Below are positions 40,620 through 49,207 of a stretch of 64,000 nt of DNA, piece by piece (position 1 is the stretch's first letter; the number at the start of each line of letters is the position of its first letter). A program made the translations under genes and the position numbers. The stretch comes from Blastocatellia bacterium (GTDB lineage: Bacteria; Acidobacteriota; Blastocatellia; UBA7656), in contig CAVXWP010000004.1 of assembly GCA_963765495.1 (NCBI GenBank), positions 160,001-224,000 on the forward strand. Reading direction: 5' to 3'. The notes under the pieces were generated by a model, which ran no database searches, was not told where the DNA came from, and was given only the letters and a program-made list of their open reading frames with translations.

Positions 40620-42224
40620 ATGAAAATCTTGCTGTACTGCCCTGATAATGGTGTAACTCGTAATTTCATGCCGCATCTGTGGATGTTTCTTTTGCAGGCG
40701 CTCACGCCGCCCGGTCATGAGGTGATCCTCATTGACGGAAATGCGCGAGCGATGAACGAGGATGAGCTTGTGGATTTTGTGCGCAAGCAAGGCATCGGTC
40801 TTGTAGGCATCGGCGCGATGACCAGAATGATAGCAAAGGCATATCGCATGGCTGATGCGATTCGCGCAGCGGGAGTGCCCGTAGTGATGGGAGGCCCTCA
40901 TGTAACGGAGGTTCCCGATGAAGCGCTTGGGCGCGATGGAGGCCCGCGCCACGCCGATGCAGTTGCCCTCGGTGAAGCCGATGAGACCTGGCCGCAAATA
41001 GTCGCAGATGCCGCCAGCGGCACGCTCAAGGACATATATACGCCGGTTGACTCGGCGGGCAAAGAACGCAAGCCCGCGCTTCAGCCCTATCCGGTCATTC
41101 CGTGGGAATCACTCGACCTCGAACAATTCAATCTGGTTCCAAAAATGTTTGCTCCCCTGCTCAGACGGCTTGGCGGCGGCTGGAGCACATTTCGAGTCAT
41201 CCCGGTCGAAAGCGGACGAGGCTGTCCATACGGCTGCGAGTTCTGCACCGTGACCGGCTTTTTCGGCGATTCGATAAGATTTCGCGCAAACGAATGCGTG
41301 GTCAGTGAACTCCTCAGATTGAAGGCCCGCGCCCATAGTGAGGAAGGGCAGATAGCCGTCTTCTTCATAGATGATAATTTCGCCATCAACATCAAGCGCA
41401 CGAAATCGCTGCTGCGTGATATTATCGCCGCCGACGCACAGCTATTCTGGGTTGCGCAGATCAGCGCCAATCTGCTGCGCGATGAAGAGCTTGTTGATCT
41501 CATAGCGGCCTCGGGCGGCAGGTGGATATTCATCGGCATGGAATCGCTTGACGCGACCAATCTCGCCGATGTGAACAAGGGATTCAATAAGCCTGATGAA
41601 TACGCCTCGGTTCTGGAAAGGCTCGCCGCCCGCAATATTCATGCGATCACCTCTTTCATCTTCGGCATGGATAACGATACGCCGGGCGCGGCCGAGCGAA
41701 CGCTCAACCAGATTCGCAACTGGCCTCCGGGGCTTCCCGTATTCGGCACGCTCACACCATTTCCTTCGACGCCGCTTTATAAGCGGCTTGAGGTCGCCGG
41801 ACGGCTTACCCGTCCAAAACACTGGCTGGATTTTCACCCTTTCCAGATGGCGCATACTCCATTGAAGATGACGATTGACGAGGCTCAGGCGGAGGTCAAT
41901 TTTGCCTGGAGCGGTTCCTATAACCCCGAGGCAATAGAAAGAGCCGTAAACTCGATCAGCGACAAGCACGTAGGCGAGCGCATAAACATTCTGATTTCGC
42001 GCCTGATATTTCGGGGCATCTATTTTCCACAGATGGGCGTCTGGGCCTGGACAAAAGTGCTTGTTCAAAACCGCCGCGCGATTTACAACATCGTAAAAGA
42101 GGGTCTGACAGCCTTGCGCCGCGCGCGAAAGCTAAGTAGGGCCAGACCCGAACCATACTACCCGTCTGAAAATCCCGTGGAGGTGGAACACGCAAGGAGT
42201 GTTGGAAGCAAATCGGGCGATTAA
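40620..42224 (+). CDS. B12-binding radical SAM protein
   Basis: GGPH in the B12-binding domain; RGCPYGCEFC; DDNF, GMES, IFGMD. Confidence 0.92.
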   Translation: MKILLYCPDNGVTRNFMPHLWMFLLQALTPPGHEVILIDGNARAMNEDELVDFVRKQGIGLVGIGAMTRMIAKAYRMADAIRAAGVPVVMGGPHVTEVPDEALGRDGGPRHADAVALGEADETWPQIVADAASGTLKDIYTPVDSAGKERKPALQPYPVIPWESLDLEQFNLVPKMFAPLLRRLGGGWSTFRVIPVESGRGCPYGCEFCTVTGFFGDSIRFRANECVVSELLRLKARAHSEEGQIAVFFIDDNFAINIKRTKSLLRDIIAADAQLFWVAQISANLLRDEELVDLIAASGGRWIFIGMESLDATNLADVNKGFNKPDEYASVLERLAARNIHAITSFIFGMDNDTPGAAERTLNQIRNWPPGLPVFGTLTPFPSTPLYKRLEVAGRLTRPKHWLDFHPFQMAHTPLKMTIDEAQAEVNFAWSGSYNPEAIERAVNSISDKHVGERINILISRLIFRGIYFPQMGVWAWTKVLVQNRRAIYNIVKEGLTALRRARKLSRARPEPYYPSENPVEVEHARSVGSKSGD

Positions 42225-42301
42225 GCAGAAACTATCTCCGTGAGGCGGCGGCTTCTACAATAGATATTTCTCGCCGCTGTGGATGCTGAATTTCACTTCG
42301 T

Positions 42302-42330
42302 TTGACACATCACCCCTCAGGTGGTAAGGT
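42302..42330 (+). promoter_or_regulatory. Sigma70-type promoter upstream of the RRM gene
   Basis: TTGACA-17 bp-TAAGGT with TG extension. Confidence 0.65.
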
Positions 42331-42624
42331 ACCTGAGAACCGAGCGTTGCTCACTCTCTTCTTCAGCTTCTCTGGAATCATCCAGTTCATCTGAACCCGG
42401 CAGCTAGTAAAGCAAGGATAAAAGAGGCCACACTGCTCTCCAGCAAGCAACGGAGATGTGTTCGGATCAGATTTCCCCGGACCGTCAATCGCTCGCAGAG
42501 CAGACAACCATTTACCCGTTTGAAGCCTTTCCCGAAAGCCTTCGGGATGCCGACCGTCTCCGCCCGCAACCGTTCTCGCGAACCGATTGGCCTGCTTCCA
42601 ACATTTCCCGAAAGGATAATGACT

Positions 42625-42918
42625 ATGACTTCCAAATTATTTATTGGAAACCTCTCCGTAGACACAAACAGCGAGGAACTCCGCACTCTCTTCAGCGAAG
42701 TAGGCGTGGTGGAGTCTTGCCAGGTGATAACTGACCGAGATTCAGGGCGCTCAAAGGGCTTCGGTTTCATCGAGATGAATTCGGTAGAAGCAGCCGGCGC
42801 AGCTAAAGAAAAATTCAACGGACAGGAGCTACACGGAAAATCGCTCACGGTTAACGATGCCAAGCCCAAGGCTCAGTACGCTAACCCGGCGGGCTATAGC
42901 GGGCCACGGCAGTCTTAG
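42625..42918 (+). CDS. RRM-domain RNA-binding protein
   Basis: RNP2 LFIGNL; RNP1 KGFGFIEM; LTVNDAKP. Confidence 0.95.
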   Translation: MTSKLFIGNLSVDTNSEELRTLFSEVGVVESCQVITDRDSGRSKGFGFIEMNSVEAAGAAKEKFNGQELHGKSLTVNDAKPKAQYANPAGYSGPRQS

Positions 42919-43111
42919 CTAATCCAGGAATGATCCGGTCTGAAACAGCCAGCGGGTTTGTATTCTTAACCGTTTGTCGCTTAAGGATCGATGATCATTT
43001 CGATTTTTTCTTTAACCTGTTGGAGCAAAGAAAAAAGCGAGACTTGCTTTTTTCTTTGCTCCTCCGGGCTTAACAGGATTAATAAACCGGCAGCATTCGA
43101 TAGGAGTAATA

Positions 43112-43387
43112 ATGTCTATTCAAGATATCGCGTGGAAAATCAGGGGGTTCTCATCCACTTCGGTCACTCGCGCAACTCGGGCAGCGGCTTATTTCGGAAT
43201 CATTGCGGCGGTGACGGGACCGTTCTTATTATTGACCGTAGGCGGACACGACGCGAACAACCTTCCGTGGTACATCTGGGCAATCACTCTCTCATTACTG
43301 CTGCTGGTCGCGGCTCTGGGCTTTTTGGCGTTCAAACGTGAGTCTCATGACGCGGAAGATATTTCAATCAGCCCGAGGCATCGGTAA
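43112..43387 (+). CDS. Small membrane protein (2 TM)
   Basis: AGGAG SD; two hydrophobic segments. Confidence 0.6.
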   Translation: MSIQDIAWKIRGFSSTSVTRATRAAAYFGIIAAVTGPFLLLTVGGHDANNLPWYIWAITLSLLLLVAALGFLAFKRESHDAEDISISPRHR

Positions 43388-43427
43388 GGTACGAATGTAG
43401 TTGGCTTCTGTTTAGAAGGGAGTAATC

Positions 43428-43787
43428 ATGCAAAAGCAATTTGAAACCGAGCGATTCGATTTCGTAAGTGCCGACAAAGTTCGTGTCGCCGATTATAGAT
43501 TCGGCCGCAACAGGCACGGCGAGCGTGACGTGTGGATTGAGACCAGCGGCAAGGGCGAAAGGTTTCTGAGCCGGATCATTGTACAGGGTGAAACCTATCA
43601 GGTGCGCTACGACGTCTATACGAACAGGTGCTACATCCTGCGCGAGAAGGCGACGGGCCGGTACTGGTTTTTAGATTCGAATGATTGCGGCTTCTGGCTG
43701 CAAAACGAGACCTTTGCCGGTGCAGAGACTTTCTCAGGTGATGAAGCCGCCAAAATCCAGAAATGGGTGACGGTTACTACCAATTGA
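43428..43787 (+). CDS. Hypothetical protein
   Basis: GGGAG SD, ATG start, 119 aa. Confidence 0.65.
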   Translation: MQKQFETERFDFVSADKVRVADYRFGRNRHGERDVWIETSGKGERFLSRIIVQGETYQVRYDVYTNRCYILREKATGRYWFLDSNDCGFWLQNETFAGAETFSGDEAAKIQKWVTVTTN

Positions 43788-43866
43788 TCAGGGACGGGAT
43801 GCTTTAATCGGCGCTTTCACGGCAGACCTGAAGGCTCGATCATATTAAACTTTCATTTTTCAGCTT

Positions 43867-43882
43867 GGTCCAATATTGAACA
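43867..43882. promoter_or_regulatory. Crp/Fnr-type palindrome, copy 1 (GGTCCAATATTGAACA)
   Basis: One of five similar 16-mers; 22 nt before TAAGAT (43905-43910). Confidence 0.6.
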
Positions 43883-43916
43883 GACTTCTCGGAAGGTTGG
43901 AGTGTAAGATGATGAC

Positions 43917-44093
43917 AGTTTCAAATCCGCCACCACCCACTTGAACTGGTGTCGAGAAGCATAGTAGAAAAGAGCCTGTAACAGCATCCCCCCTGGATGC
44001 TGTTACAAGCAGGCCCGATTTGAAAAGAAGCTAGTTATTGACCTCACTCCGAGGAGTAAGCTTGGGTTGAATTACTCCTCGGAGTATTTTTTT
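43917..44093 (+). ncRNA. Candidate sRNA
   Basis: Class II-type promoter, a 13-bp hairpin (43977-44007) and a strong terminator; no substantial ORF. Confidence 0.4.
44046..44093 (+). terminator. Intrinsic terminator
   Basis: Perfect 14-bp stem ACTCCGAGGAGTAA/TTACTCCTCGGAGT followed by A plus T7. Confidence 0.8.
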
Positions 44094-44206
44094 GATAGAC
44101 ATCTTTTAAGATGCGATGATCTTTGTAGGAGCAGCTTCGTCTATGAATTTGACCTCGCCCCTCAGTCACCCTGACTCATATCCACACAGTTGCCGCTTTT
44201 ACAAAC

Positions 44207-44620
44207 TTAAACCTGCAACTCTAAGGGGCGGGGGGGGATAAGCACTCCCACGGTTTGTTCGATGCTCTCTATGCCTGTAGGTTTGATCAGGTAATCTTGC
44301 GCGCCGGCAGCCATTCCTGCTTTGATGTCGCTCTCGTATGCCAGGCTTGAATAAAAAACGATAGGGGTTATCGGGTCAAATGCGCGGATACTGCGGCAGA
44401 GGTCTACGCCCGAGCCGTCGAGGTATTTATCCGCCAGTATCAGCAAGTCAAACCGCTCACCCCTGGCCCTGCGGAGACCCTCGGCTACGGTGCATGCCGT
44501 GGCTACCTTGTAGCCGGAATAACCTAGAAATGTGGCGAGCATTTCACGGCTGTCTTTATTACCCTCAACATAGAAAATCCGTCCCGCTTTTTCTGCCCCT
44601 TTAAGTTTTGCTGCCGTCAT
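44207..44620 (-). CDS. Stand-alone response regulator receiver (atypical, phospho-Asp replaced)
   Basis: RIFYVEG, DLLILADKYLDGSG, PIVFYS, GAQDYLIKP; start uncertain. Confidence 0.8.
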   Translation of the reverse strand: MTAAKLKGAEKAGRIFYVEGNKDSREMLATFLGYSGYKVATACTVAEGLRRARGERFDLLILADKYLDGSGVDLCRSIRAFDPITPIVFYSSLAYESDIKAGMAAGAQDYLIKPTGIESIEQTVGVLIPPRPLELQV

Positions 44621-44818
44621 CTCAAACATCCTCAAGCTGGCCTTGTCTTTAAGCTGCATTTTCAGGCTTTGTTCTTGATTCCCAGGGTAGTCAGGTCGAA
44701 AGCTAATTACCAAGCGATGTACGGAATCGCCGTAGATGAATTTCATTATGCCAAAAGGCCGATCCCGTACATCAATTGGTATCTTTGCTCTACAATAGAG
44801 CAAGTACCGATCCGGCGC

Positions 44819-44834
44819 TGTTCAATTATGCACA
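44819..44834. promoter_or_regulatory. Crp/Fnr-type palindrome, copy 2 (TGTTCAATTATGCACA)
   Basis: 21 nt from minus-strand TATTGT (44797-44792), upstream of the response regulator. Confidence 0.65.
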
Positions 44835-44874
44835 ACTATAGAAATAAATCTTCGAGGGGTAGGAGGGGCGGATT

Positions 44875-45132
44875 TCACCAGGCCCGGCGGCGGACAAACA
44901 ACACGTGATAAAGCGCCAGCAAGACTAACGCCCCAAGGATAGAGACGATCCATCCCGCAGGCTCGCCGGGTCTGTAGAGCCCAAGAGCCCTACCAATGTA
45001 ACTGCCCACGAACATACCCGCGATGCCAAGCAGTATGGTAACAATGAAGCCGCCAGGGTCGCGGCCGGGCATCAAGAGTTTGGCAATCACTCCAATAATC
45101 AGACCTGATATTACCAGTGCGATTATACTCAT
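44875..45132 (-). CDS. GlsB/YeaQ/YmgE family stress-response membrane protein
   Basis: GLIIGVIAKLLMPGRDPGG..TILLGIAG..VG and SILGALVLL. Confidence 0.92.
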   Translation of the reverse strand: MSIIALVISGLIIGVIAKLLMPGRDPGGFIVTILLGIAGMFVGSYIGRALGLYRPGEPAGWIVSILGALVLLALYHVLFVRRRAW

Positions 45133-45202
45133 GAGACTCCTAACGAAATAAGTGAATTGTATACGACAGTATGGCATGCTATTACAGACGAGCAGAGAAG
45201 TC

Positions 45203-45218
45203 TGTTCAATATTGAACT
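45203..45218. promoter_or_regulatory. Crp/Fnr-type palindrome, copy 3 (TGTTCAATATTGAACT)
   Basis: 21 nt from minus-strand TAGCAT (45181-45176), upstream of the GlsB-family gene. Confidence 0.65.
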
Positions 45219-45265
45219 ATACTGAGAGAAATTTGCGGGCGGACAGCCTGAACATGGCTATATCT

Positions 45266-45931
45266 TTAAGCGATTGATGCGAGGTAAGCAATGAGCTTCT
45301 TTTCCTTAATTATCAGGTGATGCTCTTCGCTGATCTCAATGAGGCCGAGGTTTCGAAATCTCTGCATAAAGACGCTGACACGTGGCCGGGTTGTACCGAT
45401 CATCGAGGACAATTCTTCGTGTGTGATCCTCAGTTCGATCCGAATGCTGCGAGGGTCTTTCTTGCCCAGTTTCCTCGCCAGTTGCAACAGTGTCTTCCCC
45501 AGACGTTGCTCGCTATCAACCGTCACGAGATTTGCGATGACTTCCTGCTGGTCTGCGACGCGCACCGCCATGTACCTGATGAAGCCTTCAAGCAGCGAGT
45601 CTTTGGATAAACGCGCAAGGAATCTGCTTCAATACCGTGTCTTCCATCGCGGTCGCTGTTTCCTGTCGTCCCCCAATCCGGCCAGACACAGTTCACCGAA
45701 AATATCTCCCGAATCGTGGATAGCAAGCATGCATTCTTTACCGTCGGTCGAGAGCATGACCAGTTTGATCTTCCCGGTTTCGATGAAATAGACCATCTCG
45801 ATTTGATCACCGATCAAGTAGGCATTGCCGTGTTTGGCTATCTCGATGGAGGTGGAGTTTCTAGTCTCGTTTTGTAACGACTCGCGCATATGTCGTTTGA
45901 ACAGGTCTGTCTGTGGGTTAGATTGAATCAT
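45266..45931 (-). pseudogene. Crp/Fnr family transcriptional regulator, frameshifted
   Basis: cNMP-domain half (GKIKL...GDIFGELCL) and HTH half (ITHEELSSMIGTTRPRVS); the conserved RQETATAMEDTVLKQIP segment is out of frame between ~45672 and ~45615, with TGA at 45631-45629. Confidence 0.85.
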
Positions 45932-46020
45932 AAGGCGCTTCTTTGTCGGAGAAGCCTCAGAAAATGAATACTGACGACACTCCTCCCAATCATAGTATAC
46001 ACCGATTATCGAAGCGGTTT

Positions 46021-46036
46021 TGTTCAATTGTGCACA
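46021..46036. promoter_or_regulatory. Crp/Fnr-type palindrome, copy 4 (TGTTCAATTGTGCACA)
   Basis: 21 nt from minus-strand TATACT (45999-45994), upstream of the crp gene itself. Confidence 0.68.
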
Positions 46037-46091
46037 ATTAGAATCAAATTTACTAAAGCCCTGAACGTCACCTGCCAACCATTCTCGGTCC

Positions 46092-46107
46092 TGTACAATA
46101 TGGGACA
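46092..46107. promoter_or_regulatory. Crp/Fnr-type palindrome, copy 5 (TGTACAATATGGGACA)
   Basis: 22 nt before CATTAT (46130-46135), upstream of the 46216 ORF. Confidence 0.5.
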
Positions 46108-46215
46108 GAAATCTATCTCGAAACAGGCGCATTATTAAATGGAGGCCCGTGTCGTATTACAAGCATCCGGCACGGTAGTGGCGAGGAAAATTTATAGGCT
46201 TTGAGGGCAAATAAA

Positions 46216-46524
46216 ATGGATCAATATACTATTATGAGGCGAGCCAACGGCGAGCTTTTTACTCTATCGCTGAAAGGGAAAGAACATCTCGCGGTCTGGC
46301 CAAGTATGCAAAGCGCAATTCGATACAAGGCTCGCAACCCTGAGTTGCTCGTTTTCTTGCCCGCTCTCGTAGCAAGCCCTTTTGGCCGAAAGAGCCTCAC
46401 GCCTCTACAGGAAGAGGACACGGGATTGCTCTTGTTATCTGATGCAGGCGGCGCGAACTTCCGAAACAGTCGAAAGATTGGATGGGAAGAGATAGAAAGC
46501 AGCCTGAATACAGTAATGATTTGA
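46216..46524 (+). CDS. Hypothetical protein
   Basis: GAGG SD and ATG; 102 aa. Confidence 0.55.
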   Translation: MDQYTIMRRANGELFTLSLKGKEHLAVWPSMQSAIRYKARNPELLVFLPALVASPFGRKSLTPLQEEDTGLLLLSDAGGANFRNSRKIGWEEIESSLNTVMI

Positions 46525-46559
46525 TAGATGATCGAAACTTAATCAGAGGGGTGAAGAAG

Positions 46560-46793
46560 ATGAATAGATTGATGAAAACGCACAGACTGGAAGAATCTCA
46601 TGAAGCATATATGCAGAAAAGGGCAGAAGATAAATACACGGGCAAGGCTGGAAAGGACTTTCCGCTGAAAGAGTTTCGCAAGTGCGCCGATTATCTGGCA
46701 GGCATACTTGAGAAAGCCTCCTTCGACGAGGAAGATTTGGGGGATATGGTGAGAGTGGCGATTTCGAAGCGCGAGCAAGCTGTCGGAATCTGA
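46560..46793 (+). CDS. Hypothetical protein
   Basis: GAGGGG SD and ATG; 77 aa, charged. Confidence 0.5.
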   Translation: MNRLMKTHRLEESHEAYMQKRAEDKYTGKAGKDFPLKEFRKCADYLAGILEKASFDEEDLGDMVRVAISKREQAVGI

Positions 46794-47118
46794 CGAATCA
46801 GACAATTTCCTTTTGTCTTTACGACAAATATAGAGACGATGACAGTCCTCGCTGATAAGGCCGATGATGTGCCTCGCACATGGCGGGCAATGTTTATCAT
46901 CGCGACGGCGCGCGATTCGGGCAGAGCCTTAATCCCGGGCAATCATTGGCGTGCGGAGGTTTTATCCCTCGATTCTAGCTTTTCATACCACGATTCATCC
47001 ACTTTATCACTTATTCTTAACAGTCCGTTCAACCGATACGATACTCTCAGGCGTATTTGCAGAGTCGATTTTTTAGAGGCGTTAAATGCTCGTATGATTG
47101 ATTTAGCGATTTGAGAGT

Positions 47119-48159
47119 TTGAAAAAAGCCACCAAATTCAATGTCGTTGCGCTGACGATTATTTGCCTGATGATTCCATCATCCAGCCTGTGCTATCGCC
47201 AGACAGCAGAAGAGCAGTTGAAGATTGCGACCACGGAACTTGAAAAGCTTTTATCATCTCTGAACATGCCGGATGACGAAGCAAGGGAGCGCAAGGGTGA
47301 AATCCTCTATGCGAGAAACGCTCTTAATTCCGGCTACTTCTATCTCAGTCTTTATACTCTACAGCCCTGCTGGGTTGAATTGAAGACGCGACAATATATA
47401 AACACAAACAGCCATATCGAAGAGAAGGGCATAGAAGCTTTCGAAGCTGAATGGAAGCGGTTGGGGGCGGAGTTAGAGAAGAGAGAGAAATTGCTTCTCT
47501 CCGGCTCGCAGGATCGAGCCGCCGCAGCCGTAATGGCGCTTGAAGAAATTTCCCGCGTTCAAATTCATCCTTATCATCAGGCGGGTCGGCTTTATGGCTT
47601 GAACACCAATATTGCAAACGGCCTCTATTATCTGGGTCTGGCTCCGGCCAATCTCGACTTTGCCCTGTTCTGCCGAGGGATTCAAAAAAGCGAAACCGGC
47701 CCCGCGCTCAAACTGACTTCCCTGGAACCTGAAATTGCCCGAATAGAATCGGAGACGTTGAAGCTTTACAATCAACCCGATGCATCCAGCCGGCAACCAC
47801 AATACAACAGGGTAAACGCCACTTTGAAGATGGCTGCCGAACTCAATAAAGAGGGCCTTTACGAAGGCGCTCTACAAAAGCTTCTTGAAGCCAGGCTTTA
47901 TCTTTATCTGATCAACAAGCGCAACATTGAAAAAGAGAAAATCCAGGAACTGAGGGAGCGATCCGCAATACTAAAAAACAGATTATCTGCCAAAAGAGCC
48001 GATCACAGCATCGGCCTGTTGTTTTGGGAGATGGCGCAAAACGGGCTCGACCGGGCCGCATCAGATGAATCAAACACAGATGATCTCAAACGCGCCTCGG
48101 TGATCCTGGACAATGTGTTGCCTGAATACTTTGAGATCGTGATGGGGAAGAGACGATGA
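47119..48159 (+). CDS. Exported all-helical hypothetical protein
   Basis: 346-aa ORF with signal peptide; its stop overlaps the next ATG (ATGA). Confidence 0.8.
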   Translation: MKKATKFNVVALTIICLMIPSSSLCYRQTAEEQLKIATTELEKLLSSLNMPDDEARERKGEILYARNALNSGYFYLSLYTLQPCWVELKTRQYINTNSHIEEKGIEAFEAEWKRLGAELEKREKLLLSGSQDRAAAAVMALEEISRVQIHPYHQAGRLYGLNTNIANGLYYLGLAPANLDFALFCRGIQKSETGPALKLTSLEPEIARIESETLKLYNQPDASSRQPQYNRVNATLKMAAELNKEGLYEGALQKLLEARLYLYLINKRNIEKEKIQELRERSAILKNRLSAKRADHSIGLLFWEMAQNGLDRAASDESNTDDLKRASVILDNVLPEYFEIVMGKRR

Positions 48160-49049
48160 AACACTTCAGAATTGCCACTCTAACCACCCTCTGGCTGTTG
48201 ACTTTTTTCAGCCCCCTTGCAGCCTTACAAAGAGGCCCGGCGAGAAAGACCCCGACAGGCGACAAGAAACTGACTGTTACGCTCGTTCGCTGGCCCTATA
48301 CTTGAAGCCTCTCCGATCCGGCAAGTTTGCTGATAAAGGAAGTTGTACAGGGCTACGGGGGGCGGGTCGAGTTTGTGAGCGAAAACTGGGGGGACTCCAA
48401 ACTGGCCGACAGGTATGGAGTCAAGAAATACCCGGCCGTCTTTGTTGACGACATACTTATCGCCGGTCCTAACGATTTCGGATGGTTTGGAGCAACGGGG
48501 AAATACACTCCCTGGCGGCAGCAGGCCAACCATGAAAAATTCAAGTCGGACCTTGCGGCGATGATAGAGCTTATTCTGAAAGGCAAGAAGGCCGACGCCG
48601 CCAGGGGCAGATCATCTACAGTAGAAGTCGCTGAAATATCTCAAATCCCCCTGCTTGAGACAAGCGATCTGGATGGACATAAAATTAATTCCGCGGGTCT
48701 TGCGGGGCAGGTTGTCATAGTCGAGTTATGGGCGACATGGTGCCCCCCGTGTAGAACTATATTGAGTTGGATGGGTGAGATTAAGTCCAGATACGGGGAA
48801 AAAGTTACGATTCTGGCCGTTGCTGTGGAATCTGAGGAAGCCGATGTGCGCAAGCTGACGGCCTCCATTCAACCATCCGTAAAGATAGTTATGGGGTCGG
48901 AAGCCCTAGTTTCATCCTTTGGAACACTGGGCAGCATCCCGCGAATATTCGTCTTTGATCGTGAGGGAAAGACAGCCGGTATTTTCTATGGAGCGCCCCC
49001 GGATTTACACGAAAGAGTAACTCGCGTGATTGATGCCATTGCAAAATGA
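48156..49049 (+). CDS. Putative selenoprotein: signal peptide + thioredoxin-like (UxxS) domain + TlpA-like (WCPPC) domain
   Basis: ATG 48156 is in frame with the 48327 ORF through a single TGA (48303-48305) in VRWPYT-U-SLS; SECIS-like hairpin at 48308-48339. Confidence 0.75.
48308..48339 (+). promoter_or_regulatory. Candidate bacterial SECIS element
   Basis: CGGCA-AGTT-TGCTG apical stem, loop beginning 18 nt after UGA with GU in it; lower pairs AT/AT and CCT/AGG. Confidence 0.6.
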
Positions 49050-49207
49050 GACAAATGAAGGTGATGCGCAATGCGTGATCCGTGAGAAAGAATTTGACAG
49101 GATTTCGAGGATTTTTCAAAGCATCTTTCAAAAACCTTGTTAATCCAGTAAATCCTGTAAAAAAATCGAATTTAGAAAGGCAAACATTTCTCGATCTTCT
49201 CACTCAA

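Noticed and set aside
45629-45631. In-frame TGA in the crp gene as possible Sec or readthrough
   Set aside because: It lies inside a frameshifted segment; the conserved residues are in another frame.
46839-47114. 91-aa ORF
   Set aside because: No recognisable features and likely the promoter region of 47119; not called.
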